Origin: Terriglobales bacterium
Lineage (GTDB): Bacteria > Acidobacteriota > Terriglobia > Terriglobales > Acidobacteriaceae
Length of the DNA stretch: 64,000 bases
Direction of reading: 5' to 3'
Assembly (NCBI GenBank): GCA_025935035.1
Contig: JAICWB010000001.1
Coordinates: 11,834 to 75,833 of the forward strand
The position numbers and the translations under genes are program-made. Shown in pieces: positions 38,609 through 47,912 of the stretch. The notes beneath the pieces are model-generated. The model had not been told where the DNA came from. It saw only the letters and a list, made by a program, of their open reading frames with translations, and ran no database searches. Position 1 is the first letter of the stretch, and each line of letters opens with the position of its first letter.

Positions 38609-39886
38609 ATGCGCTTTAAGTCCAGGGCTGCGTTAGCGGCCATTGTTTGTTTTGTGGTTTTCAACATTGGCTGCGGTGACACATTCAGACCCATCGCCAT
38701 TCCTATCATCCAGCCAGGTGGACAGCCACAATCACCGCGCCAGGCCGTGTTCCTCTCTACCGGCGGAGCCGCTGTAGGTTCACCGGAAGGCCAAACTCTC
38801 CACGTCAATGTCTCTGGTGACACTAACGTCGGGCAGGTGACAGTCGGCAGAGACCCCGTCCAAGTCGCCGTACTGACTACCAGCGGGTTCACCGTCGTAG
38901 TGAACCGCGCTGAGGAAAGCATCAGCATTTACCCGACTATCTCTCCCAGCACCGCCCAGCCTCCGATATTTGTCTCGCTGCCCACGGGTTCGATACCGGT
39001 CTTTGCTTACTCAAACGTCGCGGGGGCGGTTTATGTGGCCGAGTCGGGCTCGAGGATTGATTCTGCCTCTTGCACCACGACACCATGTGCGCACGTCGCC
39101 GTCGTCACTACAAGCGGCAATCCAACGGCTGTCACAGCCGAGATCCCGGTTGGCAACACTCCGGTCAGTCTTGTGGGTACGCCGGATGGCACGAGGCTTT
39201 ATTCCGCAAATAAGGGCGATAACACGCTCAGCGTCATCGACACGGGTACAAACGCGATCCTGGTTGGAAGTACCCCGGTCCCTGTGGGTGGCTCGCCTGT
39301 CTATCTCACGGTCAACACTAAGGGAACGCGTATTTTCTCCGTCAACAACACCGGCAACAACGTATCTGTGATTGACCCGTCAACGAACACGGTTGTGGCC
39401 AGCCCCGCTGTGGGCTCAGCCCCGAATTACGCCTACTTCGACGCGGCCAACAACAAGTTGTGGGTTACGAACCCCGGCAGTAATTCGGTCAGCGTGATCA
39501 ATGCTGATCCAAACTCTCCCACTGCCAACTCCGTGGTCAATATTCCATTGCCAGCCGGTTGCACACCTAATCCAGTGGGCACCAACAATATTCCGATTAC
39601 TCCCACCATCACGGTCCTAGCCGACGGCTCGCGCGCTTATGTTGCCGGTACAGGATGTAACTCGGTGATTGTCATCAATGCGTTAAGCAATACCATCGCC
39701 AAGACGATCCCGGTCGGCGCCGCGCCGGTAGCCATAATCTCCTCGCCCGATTCCACCAAGGTTTACACCGCTAACAATGCTTCGGGAAACATCAGCGTGA
39801 TTCAGACCTCGAACGATAGCGTGATTACCACGTTGCAGGTTCCGACAGGCCAATCCCCGATCTACGCCTCAATATCGCCTTTCTAA
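38609..39886 (+). CDS. YVTN-family beta-propeller repeat lipoprotein
   Basis: Lipobox (VVFNIGCG). Multiple ~40-aa repeats of the form N.VSVID..TN.V...I.VG..P (e.g. NTLSVIDTGTNAIL, NNVSVIDPSTNTVV, NSVSVINAD, NSVIVINALSNTI, GNISVIQTSNDSVI). Confidence 0.75.
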   Translation: MRFKSRAALAAIVCFVVFNIGCGDTFRPIAIPIIQPGGQPQSPRQAVFLSTGGAAVGSPEGQTLHVNVSGDTNVGQVTVGRDPVQVAVLTTSGFTVVVNRAEESISIYPTISPSTAQPPIFVSLPTGSIPVFAYSNVAGAVYVAESGSRIDSASCTTTPCAHVAVVTTSGNPTAVTAEIPVGNTPVSLVGTPDGTRLYSANKGDNTLSVIDTGTNAILVGSTPVPVGGSPVYLTVNTKGTRIFSVNNTGNNVSVIDPSTNTVVASPAVGSAPNYAYFDAANNKLWVTNPGSNSVSVINADPNSPTANSVVNIPLPAGCTPNPVGTNNIPITPTITVLADGSRAYVAGTGCNSVIVINALSNTIAKTIPVGAAPVAIISSPDSTKVYTANNASGNISVIQTSNDSVITTLQVPTGQSPIYASISPF

Positions 39887-39892
39887 AACAAA

Positions 39893-39918
39893 ACGGGCAG
39901 GGAATTATCCCCGCCCGT
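39893..39918. terminator. Terminator hairpin between convergent genes (best fit for the minus-strand Che1 operon)
   Basis: ACGGGCAGGG / CCCCGCCCGT stem with one mismatch. On the minus strand it is followed by TTTTGTTTTAG. On the plus strand the tail is less T-rich. Confidence 0.55.
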
Positions 39919-39937
39919 CTTACTGTTTCAATCCTGG

Positions 39938-40438
39938 TTATCTCCCGACCACTGCCTCGCGTTCCGTCTTCCTGCGTCGGTTGTAATGCATGGCGATATT
40001 CAGATAAACGCTGCCACTGGGTGTGTCCAGGCACATCACCAGCGCCTCGGTCTCTTCGTTTCCGGTGATGCCTTGCGCATCGGTATGCAGTTGCGGCGGC
40101 TCGATCTTGAAACGGAATCCCTGGTCGTTCAATGTAGTCACGGCATTGCCTATGATCAGATTCGCGAGCTCGAACATGGTCTCTTTCACGACCTGGTCGG
40201 ATTCGCTGACCGGTTCGCCGGCTAGCGCAGTGGCGATGGCAGCCGCTGTCTTTCCGTCAATGTCCAGGATGACGCGGCCTTCAATGTCACCATGGATTGA
40301 AATGAGGACAGCCGTACCTTTGCGGCGGTACGCCTCCTCTTCCATGTTCACGTCGCCAATGCTCGTTTGACATTGCAGCGTTTCCGCCAATACCGCGTCG
40401 GCGGCATTGATGAAGGGTTGGATCAATTCCATCTTCAT
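39938..40438 (-). CDS. cheX: CheX/CheC-family CheY-P phosphatase
   Basis: About 166 aa with a single CheC-like active-site motif E-x2-N-x(~21)-P (FELANLIIGNAVTTLNDQGFRFKIEPP). It is the last gene of the che operon and overlaps cheY by 1 nt. Confidence 0.65.
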   Translation of the reverse strand: MKMELIQPFINAADAVLAETLQCQTSIGDVNMEEEAYRRKGTAVLISIHGDIEGRVILDIDGKTAAAIATALAGEPVSESDQVVKETMFELANLIIGNAVTTLNDQGFRFKIEPPQLHTDAQGITGNEETEALVMCLDTPSGSVYLNIAMHYNRRRKTEREAVVGR

Positions 40439-40875
40439 TACTGTGCGTCTCCCGCGGCTGCGCCCTGCATGGACACGGCCTCTTCGCCCATCACGTACTT
40501 GATGACCTCGTACAGGACTTCCGGTTTGACCGGCTTCTGCACGAAATGTTTCGCGCCCTTCTGCAACGCAGCCACGATGTTCTCCTGGTAGCCGACAGAA
40601 GAGACCATGATCACGCGCGCCTCGGGATGGTTGCGGATGATCTTCTCCGCCGCCTCAATGCCTTCCATCTGCGGCATCGTGATGTCCATGAGCACTACGT
40701 CCGGCTTGGCGCGGTCGTATTCAGTGATTGCCGTGCAGCCATCACCGGCTTCGCCCGCGAGCTCGCCGCCGAATTGCTCCAACATCTTGATGATGTTCTT
40801 GCGTGCGAACACGGAATCATCCACCACCAGGTAGCGGATCGCTTTGCGGTCTTTTCGCACTAACGTGTCGAACAT
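40438..40875 (-). CDS. cheY: Chemotaxis response regulator CheY
   Basis: Single REC domain with intact DD (VVDDS), phospho-Asp (VLMDITMP), S/T (MVSS) and K (QKP). Confidence 0.85.
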   Translation of the reverse strand: MFDTLVRKDRKAIRYLVVDDSVFARKNIIKMLEQFGGELAGEAGDGCTAITEYDRAKPDVVLMDITMPQMEGIEAAEKIIRNHPEARVIMVSSVGYQENIVAALQKGAKHFVQKPVKPEVLYEVIKYVMGEEAVSMQGAAAGDAQ

Positions 40876-40926
40876 AATGACTTCTCCTTATTCCCCGTGC
40901 ATCCGTCCTAAACACTGAAACTGTTC

Positions 40927-41994
40927 TTAAACACTTGCCATTGACTTCGTGTTGCACTGAACCATGATCGCGTTCGGCAGCATATCCAACGACACAACCC
41001 TTTGCGCATAACCTCGCTCGATCGCTGCCTTGGGCATTCCGAACACCACGCAAGAAGCTTCATCCTGTGCGATCGTGACGGCTCCGTTGTCTCTCATCGC
41101 ACCCAGACCCTCGGCACCGTCTTCACCCATGCCTGTCATGATCACGCCGACTGCTCGAGGCCCAAATTCTTGCGCCACGGAATGGAAAAGTATGTCCACC
41201 GATGGCCGGTGCCCGTTCACGCGATCTTCATCGCTTAACAGGACCACGTCACCCAACGGCATCTTGCGCACGCGCATATGCTTGTTGCCCGGGCAGATCA
41301 GCGCGCGACCGGCTTGAAGAATGTCACCCGATTGCGCCTCTTTCACGTGTATCGCGCAAGACTCGTTGAGGCGTCGGGCAAACATCTCCGTGAAGCCTTC
41401 TGGCATGTGTTGCACCACCAATATCGTTCCCGGAAACTCCGCCGGCAATTTGCTGAGCAAGTCTTGCAACGCATTCGGGCCACCAGTCGATATTCCGATG
41501 GCAACCATGCGCGAGGGAGGTGCCGTAGGCGGCTGCGTTGCCTTCTGGATCTTGGGCAGCGAGAATGTAGGCGCAGTGTTGATGCGCGGTTGCGACTTGG
41601 CCGCTGCTTTGATCTTCGCGATCAACTCCGCGGCTATGTCCACCATGTGTGCCGAACTGCCGTCGCGTGGCTTCGCGACAAAATCGAATGCTCCCAGCGC
41701 CAAGGCCTTGAATGTTGATGATGCGCCTTCCTGGCTATGCGAGCTGACGATGATCGCCGGCAAATGGTGTTTGCGCGTGATATGACGCAGTGTCTCCATG
41801 CCATCCATGCGCGGCATCTCGAGGTCCACGGTCACCACATGCGGGCGCAGCTCTTCGATCTTCTTCAGTCCGAACTCGCCATCCATGGCTGTGCCCACAA
41901 CTTCGATCGACGGGTCTTGGGCCAGCATCTGCGAAATAAGCTTGCGCATCAGCGCTGAATCGTCGATCACTAAGACTCTCACCGGACTGCTCAT
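40927..41994 (-). CDS. cheB: Protein-glutamate methylesterase CheB
   Basis: REC domain plus a methylesterase domain with the Ser-His-Asp context (GISTGGP, VQHMPEGFT, TGMGEDGA). Confidence 0.9.
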   Translation of the reverse strand: MSSPVRVLVIDDSALMRKLISQMLAQDPSIEVVGTAMDGEFGLKKIEELRPHVVTVDLEMPRMDGMETLRHITRKHHLPAIIVSSHSQEGASSTFKALALGAFDFVAKPRDGSSAHMVDIAAELIAKIKAAAKSQPRINTAPTFSLPKIQKATQPPTAPPSRMVAIGISTGGPNALQDLLSKLPAEFPGTILVVQHMPEGFTEMFARRLNESCAIHVKEAQSGDILQAGRALICPGNKHMRVRKMPLGDVVLLSDEDRVNGHRPSVDILFHSVAQEFGPRAVGVIMTGMGEDGAEGLGAMRDNGAVTIAQDEASCVVFGMPKAAIERGYAQRVVSLDMLPNAIMVQCNTKSMASV

Positions 41995-44084
41995 GCCATG
42001 GCTCCTGCGCTTTTGATATCTTGCGTTCTTGCCCGGCCCAACTTTGAGACCACAGCTTGCACGTCTAAGATCAGGACCACAGTCCCATCGCCCAAGATGG
42101 AAGCGCCACTGACTAGTTCGGTCGATACCAAGTGATGGTCGAGCGCTTTGATGACCAGTTCTTCTTCGCCTACGAGTTTGTCCACCAGCAATCCGAACTT
42201 CCGGTCGCCTATCGCGACAACTATCACAAATATCTTCGATGTCTTTTCCGCTTGCGCTGCCAACCGATTCAACCTCACCAAAGTCAACACTTCATTACGC
42301 AGGCGCAGAACTTCGTGCTGGTCCACTTTGTGTATCTCTGCCTCGGTGGCGCGAATGATCTCAACCACCGAAGTGAGTGGCACCGCATACAGCTTCTGGG
42401 CCGAGCGGAACATCAATGCCTTGATGATGGCCAGCGTGAGGGGCACCTTCAAGTAGAAGGTTGAACCCTGTCCGACCTCGGTCTCGATCGCGATCGAGCC
42501 TTTCAGGCGGTCTAGCACCGTCTTGACCACATCCATGCCCACGCCGCGCCCGGCAACCGACGTTATCTCCTCCGCAGTGCTCAATCCTGAATGAAAGATC
42601 AGATTGAGTGCTTCGCCTTCCGTCAGGTTCTTGGCTTCGCCCGCCTGGATAATCCCACGTTCGACTGCTTTCTTTACGACCTTTTCGCGATCAATACCGC
42701 GTCCATCGTCGGATACTTCGATCACCACGTTGTTGCCCTGGTGATAGGCGTTCAGTTTGATAGTGCCGAAGCGCTCTTTGCCGGCCGCAACCCGTTCGTC
42801 GGGACTCTCAATGCCGTGGCTGATCGCATTGCGCACCAAGTGCGCCATGGGCTCGGCCAGCGTGTCGAGAATGCTCTTGTCGAGGTCCGTAGTTTGTCCT
42901 GCGAGTTCTAGCCTGACCTCGCGCCCGCAGGCTTTCGCCACATCGCGCACAATGCGTCCAAAGCGCCGGAAAAGTTGTTCCACCGGCACCATTCGGACTT
43001 TCATCACCGATTTTTGCAGGTCCGCCAGCACTCGTGCCTGAAAACCGAGTACATCCGCGAACTTCGCATGCAGCGGATCCCGTCCGAATTTCTTGTCAAA
43101 CTCGCTGATGCTTTGCGTCAGCATTGATTTTCCGATGATCAGCTCGCCGACAAGGTTCAGCACGGCGTCGATCTTTTCCGCGTCCACACGCAGTGTACTT
43201 TCCGGTGCCGCGCTGATCGATGCCGCACCGATTTCGGGTTCGCTCTCGCTAGCTACTTCCTCAACAGGAAGGGAAGCGTTGGCTTTGGTTGTGACCACCT
43301 CTTCTACAACTGGTGCCGCAACCTGCGCGGCGTCGGCAGCCCCGAAGCGCTCCACGAAGACATCGCAGATGACCATAGGAATGCGGCATTTCTTTGCAAT
43401 ATGTGTTTCGTCGAAGCTGCTCGCGATTGCCGCGAACAGGTTATCCACCTTTTCCATGCTCGCCGCATCTTCCGGCAACATGAGCAGCACAGTGCCCAAG
43501 TCCTGGAAGGTGTTTTTCACCATCTGCCATGCTATCGCGCGCGTGTTGCAGTTCGGATCGACGGCCAGAGAGACCTGTAAAACCTTCAAGCCCCGCCGTC
43601 CTGCATCTTGCAGCAGGATCTTTTCGTATTCTGACCACTCAAACGTTTCTATCGCCTTCTTCGCCGGCGTTAGAACGACCAATTCCGGAGCTTCAGTCTT
43701 GCTCACCAGCGCCCGGATCTCGTCTAACAGTCCCGCTCCACTCGACGGTTCCGCGTTCTTCCGATAAGCCCGCAGCATGTCTTGAAAAATATCGGCAGCG
43801 CTCAAAACGACTTCTGCTACACGCTTGCCGCGTGCCTTTGCCAATTCGGGCGTCAACGCATCTTCAAGTTCATGAGCAAGATCGCTGAGAGCGGTATAAC
43901 CGCATGCGGCAGAATCTCCCTTGAGGGTGTGCACAGTCCGGCGCACGGACCGCACCACCTCCGCGTCTTGCGGACGCCGTTCCAACTCCAAGCCTTGTTC
44001 ATTAAGCGCCTGGAGTAGCTCCGTAGCGCTTTCAAAGAACAAGTCTTTGAGTTCAGATACCCGATCTTCGGAGAAGAAGCTCAA
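41991..44084 (-). CDS. cheA: Chemotaxis histidine kinase CheA
   Basis: Hpt H-box HTLKGDSAA. N box HLVRNAISHGIE, G1 DDGRGID, G2 GRGVGMDVV. C-terminal CheW-like domain. It has 4-nt overlaps with cheR and cheB. Confidence 0.92.
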   Translation of the reverse strand: MSFFSEDRVSELKDLFFESATELLQALNEQGLELERRPQDAEVVRSVRRTVHTLKGDSAACGYTALSDLAHELEDALTPELAKARGKRVAEVVLSAADIFQDMLRAYRKNAEPSSGAGLLDEIRALVSKTEAPELVVLTPAKKAIETFEWSEYEKILLQDAGRRGLKVLQVSLAVDPNCNTRAIAWQMVKNTFQDLGTVLLMLPEDAASMEKVDNLFAAIASSFDETHIAKKCRIPMVICDVFVERFGAADAAQVAAPVVEEVVTTKANASLPVEEVASESEPEIGAASISAAPESTLRVDAEKIDAVLNLVGELIIGKSMLTQSISEFDKKFGRDPLHAKFADVLGFQARVLADLQKSVMKVRMVPVEQLFRRFGRIVRDVAKACGREVRLELAGQTTDLDKSILDTLAEPMAHLVRNAISHGIESPDERVAAGKERFGTIKLNAYHQGNNVVIEVSDDGRGIDREKVVKKAVERGIIQAGEAKNLTEGEALNLIFHSGLSTAEEITSVAGRGVGMDVVKTVLDRLKGSIAIETEVGQGSTFYLKVPLTLAIIKALMFRSAQKLYAVPLTSVVEIIRATEAEIHKVDQHEVLRLRNEVLTLVRLNRLAAQAEKTSKIFVIVVAIGDRKFGLLVDKLVGEEELVIKALDHHLVSTELVSGASILGDGTVVLILDVQAVVSKLGRARTQDIKSAGAMA

Positions 44085-44986
44085 CCCGCTACCTCAATAC
44101 GCTGATACGCCGTGCCGTTGTTGTCATGGATCATGCGGAACTTGTCGCTCAATCCGAATAACGACTCCGCATGCCCGATGAACAAATATCCATCCGGATT
44201 CAAACAACGATAAAACTTACTGATCAGCCGCTTCTGTTCTGCCTCATCAAAATAGATCATCACATTGCGGCACCAGATCACGTCATTACGCTGCGGCAAG
44301 AATTCAGTTTTCAGATTGTGAAAGTCGAATTGGACGAGTTCTTTCACTGACTTCTTGATCGCATATTTGTCGCCCACTTTGTCGAAGTAGCGCAGCCGAT
44401 ACGCGTAGTCCACCGGCTCCATATGATGGTCGGGATAAATGCCTTCCTGTGCTGCACGCAGCACTGAATAATTAATGTCTGAGGCGAGTATCTCCACCTT
44501 CCACGGCGGGGGAATGAGCGGCTTCGGCGATGGCATGTCGAAGGGAAGCGGATTTCGCAGGTAGTAGTAAGCCAGCGCGTCACAGACGATCATCGCCAGC
44601 GTATACGGTTCCTGGCCGGTCGAGCATCCCGCACTCCATATTCGCAGGCTGTAATCCCGACGCGCTTGCTTGCGGTTCAGGATATCTTCCAGCGTCTTCT
44701 TGTGGAACAGATCGATCTGCGGCTTGTTGCGAAAGAAACTCGTCTCATTGACGGTGAGGTTTTCCACCAAGGCGGCTAATTCGGCACGGCCTTCACGGCT
44801 GGTCAATAATTGATAGTAGCTGTAAAAAGAATTCAGGCCGGTTACCTTCAAACGGCGCTGCAACCGGTCTTGCAGAAAATGAACGCGGCGCTCGTCAAAG
44901 AACATGCCGCACTCCTGATAGACCAGGGTCTGCAGCAATTTCAATTCGGGTTCGGTAATGACCAGGTTCAAGCTGGGTGAAGCCAT
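44081..44986 (-). CDS. cheR: Chemotaxis methyltransferase CheR
   Basis: CheR N-terminal helical domain and SAM-binding motif IWSAGCSTGQEPYTLA. Confidence 0.9.
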   Translation of the reverse strand: MASPSLNLVITEPELKLLQTLVYQECGMFFDERRVHFLQDRLQRRLKVTGLNSFYSYYQLLTSREGRAELAALVENLTVNETSFFRNKPQIDLFHKKTLEDILNRKQARRDYSLRIWSAGCSTGQEPYTLAMIVCDALAYYYLRNPLPFDMPSPKPLIPPPWKVEILASDINYSVLRAAQEGIYPDHHMEPVDYAYRLRYFDKVGDKYAIKKSVKELVQFDFHNLKTEFLPQRNDVIWCRNVMIYFDEAEQKRLISKFYRCLNPDGYLFIGHAESLFGLSDKFRMIHDNNGTAYQRIEVAG

Positions 44987-45030
44987 AGTGTGTGCGTTCC
45001 CAATTCCAAAAAAAGTCGGTTCGTTTGCCG

Positions 45031-45495
45031 TTAAGCCATCGCGCCCAATTCACCCAGGCGCTTCAGTTCACCCTTTTGCAGAACTTTGGTGAGTTCCACC
45101 AGGATGATCAGCCGGTCTTTCAACTTGCCTACACCGGTCACATAATTCAGTTCGCCGTCTTCAAAAACATTCGGCGGATTGTCCACCTGGTCCGCAGCCA
45201 TGCGAAGCACCTCAGATGCCGAGTCCACGATGAGGCCCACCATCTTGCTCTCGACCTCGACCACAAGGATGCGGTTCTTTTTGCTCTGCGTGATCTCTTT
45301 TTCGCCGAAACGTTTTCGCAGGTCCACGATAGAGACGATCTTGCCACGCAGGTTGATGACGCCTTCCACGAACGCCGGCGCTTCCGGCACAGCCGTGATC
45401 TCAGGCACGCGCACTATCTCATGCACCAGCGAGATAGGCACTCCGAAAGTCTCACGTCCGATGCGGAAGCCGACTAGATGTAAGTCCTTCGCCAT
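45031..45495 (-). CDS. cheW: Coupling protein CheW
   Basis: 154 aa with a single CheW domain (ETFGVPISLVHEIVRVPEITAVP..FVEGVINLRGKIVSIVDLR). Confidence 0.9.
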   Translation of the reverse strand: MAKDLHLVGFRIGRETFGVPISLVHEIVRVPEITAVPEAPAFVEGVINLRGKIVSIVDLRKRFGEKEITQSKKNRILVVEVESKMVGLIVDSASEVLRMAADQVDNPPNVFEDGELNYVTGVGKLKDRLIILVELTKVLQKGELKRLGELGAMA

Positions 45496-45501
45496 TTCGT
45501 C

Positions 45502-47463
45502 CTAGTTTCTCGACGCAGCCGCGGCGTGATGCTTCGCGCCGTTGCCGTTCATGTTTGAATCCAACGCAAAGCGGTCCATGGAATCAAGCAATGTGCGCGC
45601 CATTTTCGACATCTGTTCTGAAGACGCTGCCAACTCGGTCGAGCCGGAAGTAGAGCGTTGCGTCAGCTCGCGCATCTTCTCCATCGCGCGAACAACTGCT
45701 TGCGCGCCCGAAGCCTGCTCTTCCACGGCGGAGTTGATCTCATGGGTGATCTCATTGAGACGCCCGGTGGCTTTTGCTATCTGCGTAGAGCCATTCGATT
45801 GTTCGTTGGTCGCCGCGCCGATCTCCTGCGCAAACTTGTAAACCTCAGTCACAACGTTGGATATCTTCTTCAGCGCTGCTCCGAGGTCGGTGCCAAGCGT
45901 CAGGCCTTCTTCCACGATGCCCGTGCTCTTATCCATGTTCTCAACAGCCTTGCGCGCTTCCTTCTGGATGCTGCCGATGAGTTCAGATATCTCACGCGTT
46001 GACTGCGCGGACTTCTCGGCCAGTTTGCGCACTTCGTCTGCGACCACTGCGAAGCCCAATCCATGCTCGCCGGCACGCGCAGCTTCAATGGCTGCATTCA
46101 AAGCCAGTAGGTTGGTCTGTTCGGCCAAGTCATCGATCACTTCCACGATCTTGCCGATATCATCCGTCTTCTGGCCCAAGTCACTGATGATCTGCGCGGA
46201 CGCGTCGATCGAATTGTTAATGCGCGTCAACCCATTCGTGGCTTTCTCCATGGTCACGATGCCGCTCTGCACTTCTTCACGCGATTTCTGCGAGATATCG
46301 AGCAACACGCGCGCTGTGTCCGCCACGCGCTGGATCGAAGCCACCATCTGGTCGATAGACGCCGAGGTCTCGCTAACGCTCGATGCCTGCGTCTGCGTGT
46401 TCTTCACCATGTTCTGCACGTTGATGCTCATCTCGTGCATAGTGCTGGTCACTTCGTCGATCGCCGTGGCGGCTTGCACGTTGATGCGCGCAGATTCGTC
46501 GGAAGCGGAAGCAACCTGGTTCGAGCCGCTGGCAACTTGCGAAGCTCCGTCGCGCACATTCTTCACCATCGTGCGCAAGCCGTGTGTCATCTCAGTGAAT
46601 GCGCTCGCCAACGTATCGCGAGTTGACCGTGCTTTCACATCCACGGTAAGGTCGCCACCCGCAATGGCTTCGGAAACTGCTGCCATCTCTCGCAGGTAAC
46701 TCACCATGTTGTTGAACGTCTTCGCCAGCTCGCCTATCTCATCCTCGCTGGAGATATTTACCGTCTGGTTCAAGTCGCCAGAATCTCCGATCTCGCGTGC
46801 TACGCTGATCAGATTCCCCAGCGGCTCAGTGATCTGTTTTGAGATCTTGAACGAGATGAATAATCCGCCCATGATCGTGGCCAGCATTCCGAGGATCGAA
46901 ACGGCCAATACTGAATTGCCGGCAGACTGACTTGTCGCCGCTTGCGAATCTGCAAGCTTTTTGATCTTCGTTTGTGCTTCAACGAGCGGAGCGCGTGAAC
47001 GCGTCAACCATTCATCCGGGCGCAGCCCCATATAGAAGATGCTGAGCTGGTCCATGGTCACATTGCCCGACTCCATCTGCTTCCGTTTCTCGGCCAGCGG
47101 ATCTACGAAATCGTTGTGCCACTTGCGTTCCGTGTCGAGAATATTCTGAAAACTCTTACGCAGATCTTCGTCAGGCGAATTGATGATCAGGTTCTGGACT
47201 TTCGTCTCAAGGTCTGATTGCCCTTTGCGGACATCGTCCAAGCCGCCGGGCACGCCTGTTAGCAGGTAGTAGCCCATGTTCTGATGGTTCTGCATCATCA
47301 GGAATCCCACTTCAGCAGTAGAACGCTGCATATCGAACAGTGTTTGCATCTTGTGCTGCGCCGCCGCGTCATATGCCAGCACGGACCAGGTGAAGATCGA
47401 CACGATCGTCACCAGTCCCAGCACCAGGCCGAATCCCCAATAAAGCTTTTTGCCGATTGTCAT
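45502..47463 (-). CDS. Methyl-accepting chemotaxis protein (4-helix-bundle-type periplasmic sensor, HAMP, MA domain)
   Basis: TM1, a ~170-aa periplasmic helical domain, TM2, then HAMP. Invariant signalling hairpin [39 protein letters not shown]. Confidence 0.92.
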   Translation of the reverse strand: MTIGKKLYWGFGLVLGLVTIVSIFTWSVLAYDAAAQHKMQTLFDMQRSTAEVGFLMMQNHQNMGYYLLTGVPGGLDDVRKGQSDLETKVQNLIINSPDEDLRKSFQNILDTERKWHNDFVDPLAEKRKQMESGNVTMDQLSIFYMGLRPDEWLTRSRAPLVEAQTKIKKLADSQAATSQSAGNSVLAVSILGMLATIMGGLFISFKISKQITEPLGNLISVAREIGDSGDLNQTVNISSEDEIGELAKTFNNMVSYLREMAAVSEAIAGGDLTVDVKARSTRDTLASAFTEMTHGLRTMVKNVRDGASQVASGSNQVASASDESARINVQAATAIDEVTSTMHEMSINVQNMVKNTQTQASSVSETSASIDQMVASIQRVADTARVLLDISQKSREEVQSGIVTMEKATNGLTRINNSIDASAQIISDLGQKTDDIGKIVEVIDDLAEQTNLLALNAAIEAARAGEHGLGFAVVADEVRKLAEKSAQSTREISELIGSIQKEARKAVENMDKSTGIVEEGLTLGTDLGAALKKISNVVTEVYKFAQEIGAATNEQSNGSTQIAKATGRLNEITHEINSAVEEQASGAQAVVRAMEKMRELTQRSTSGSTELAASSEQMSKMARTLLDSMDRFALDSNMNGNGAKHHAAAASRN

Positions 47464-47651
47464 TGCTAACTGCCTCCAAAGCCTCTAATGCCGCTCAATC
47501 TCATTGCGAGTGGGTCATTATCCCCGCCACTGCGCATAGTTCACTCGGCCTTTTTCCCGGTATCCAGTTGCATTTGTTGATACCCAGGACCTGGTTCCAT
47601 TTGGGGTTTCCCCAGTGAACGCACGATTGCTGAATGTTCAGTGAAGACATA

Positions 47652-47667
47652 TGCACGGTAGTTGCCA
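47652..47667 (-). promoter_or_regulatory. Candidate sigma-54 promoter for the Che1 operon
   Basis: The minus-strand sequence TGGCAACTACCGTGCA has the correct GG-N10-GC spacing (consensus TGGCAC-N5-TTGCW). It lies about 190 nt upstream of the MCP start at 47463. Confidence 0.35.
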
Positions 47668-47912
47668 AGTGCGCCGATGCTCGGCCTGTATTAGTAAACG
47701 TCCATTAGTCAGCTACTTACGCAATATCATTGAATCCTGCTGTGTAGGATAAGGCCGATTTTGAAGGCGGCATCTTGAGATTGTGTCTCACTATGAAACA
47801 GTGCCGGAATGTTACCTTCGTACCCTGTTCCGATCATCAATATCCTTGACTCATATTGAGATTCCGAACTATTGTCATCCCCTCTACCCGTGTTTCTTCA
47901 ACGACTTAAGGA

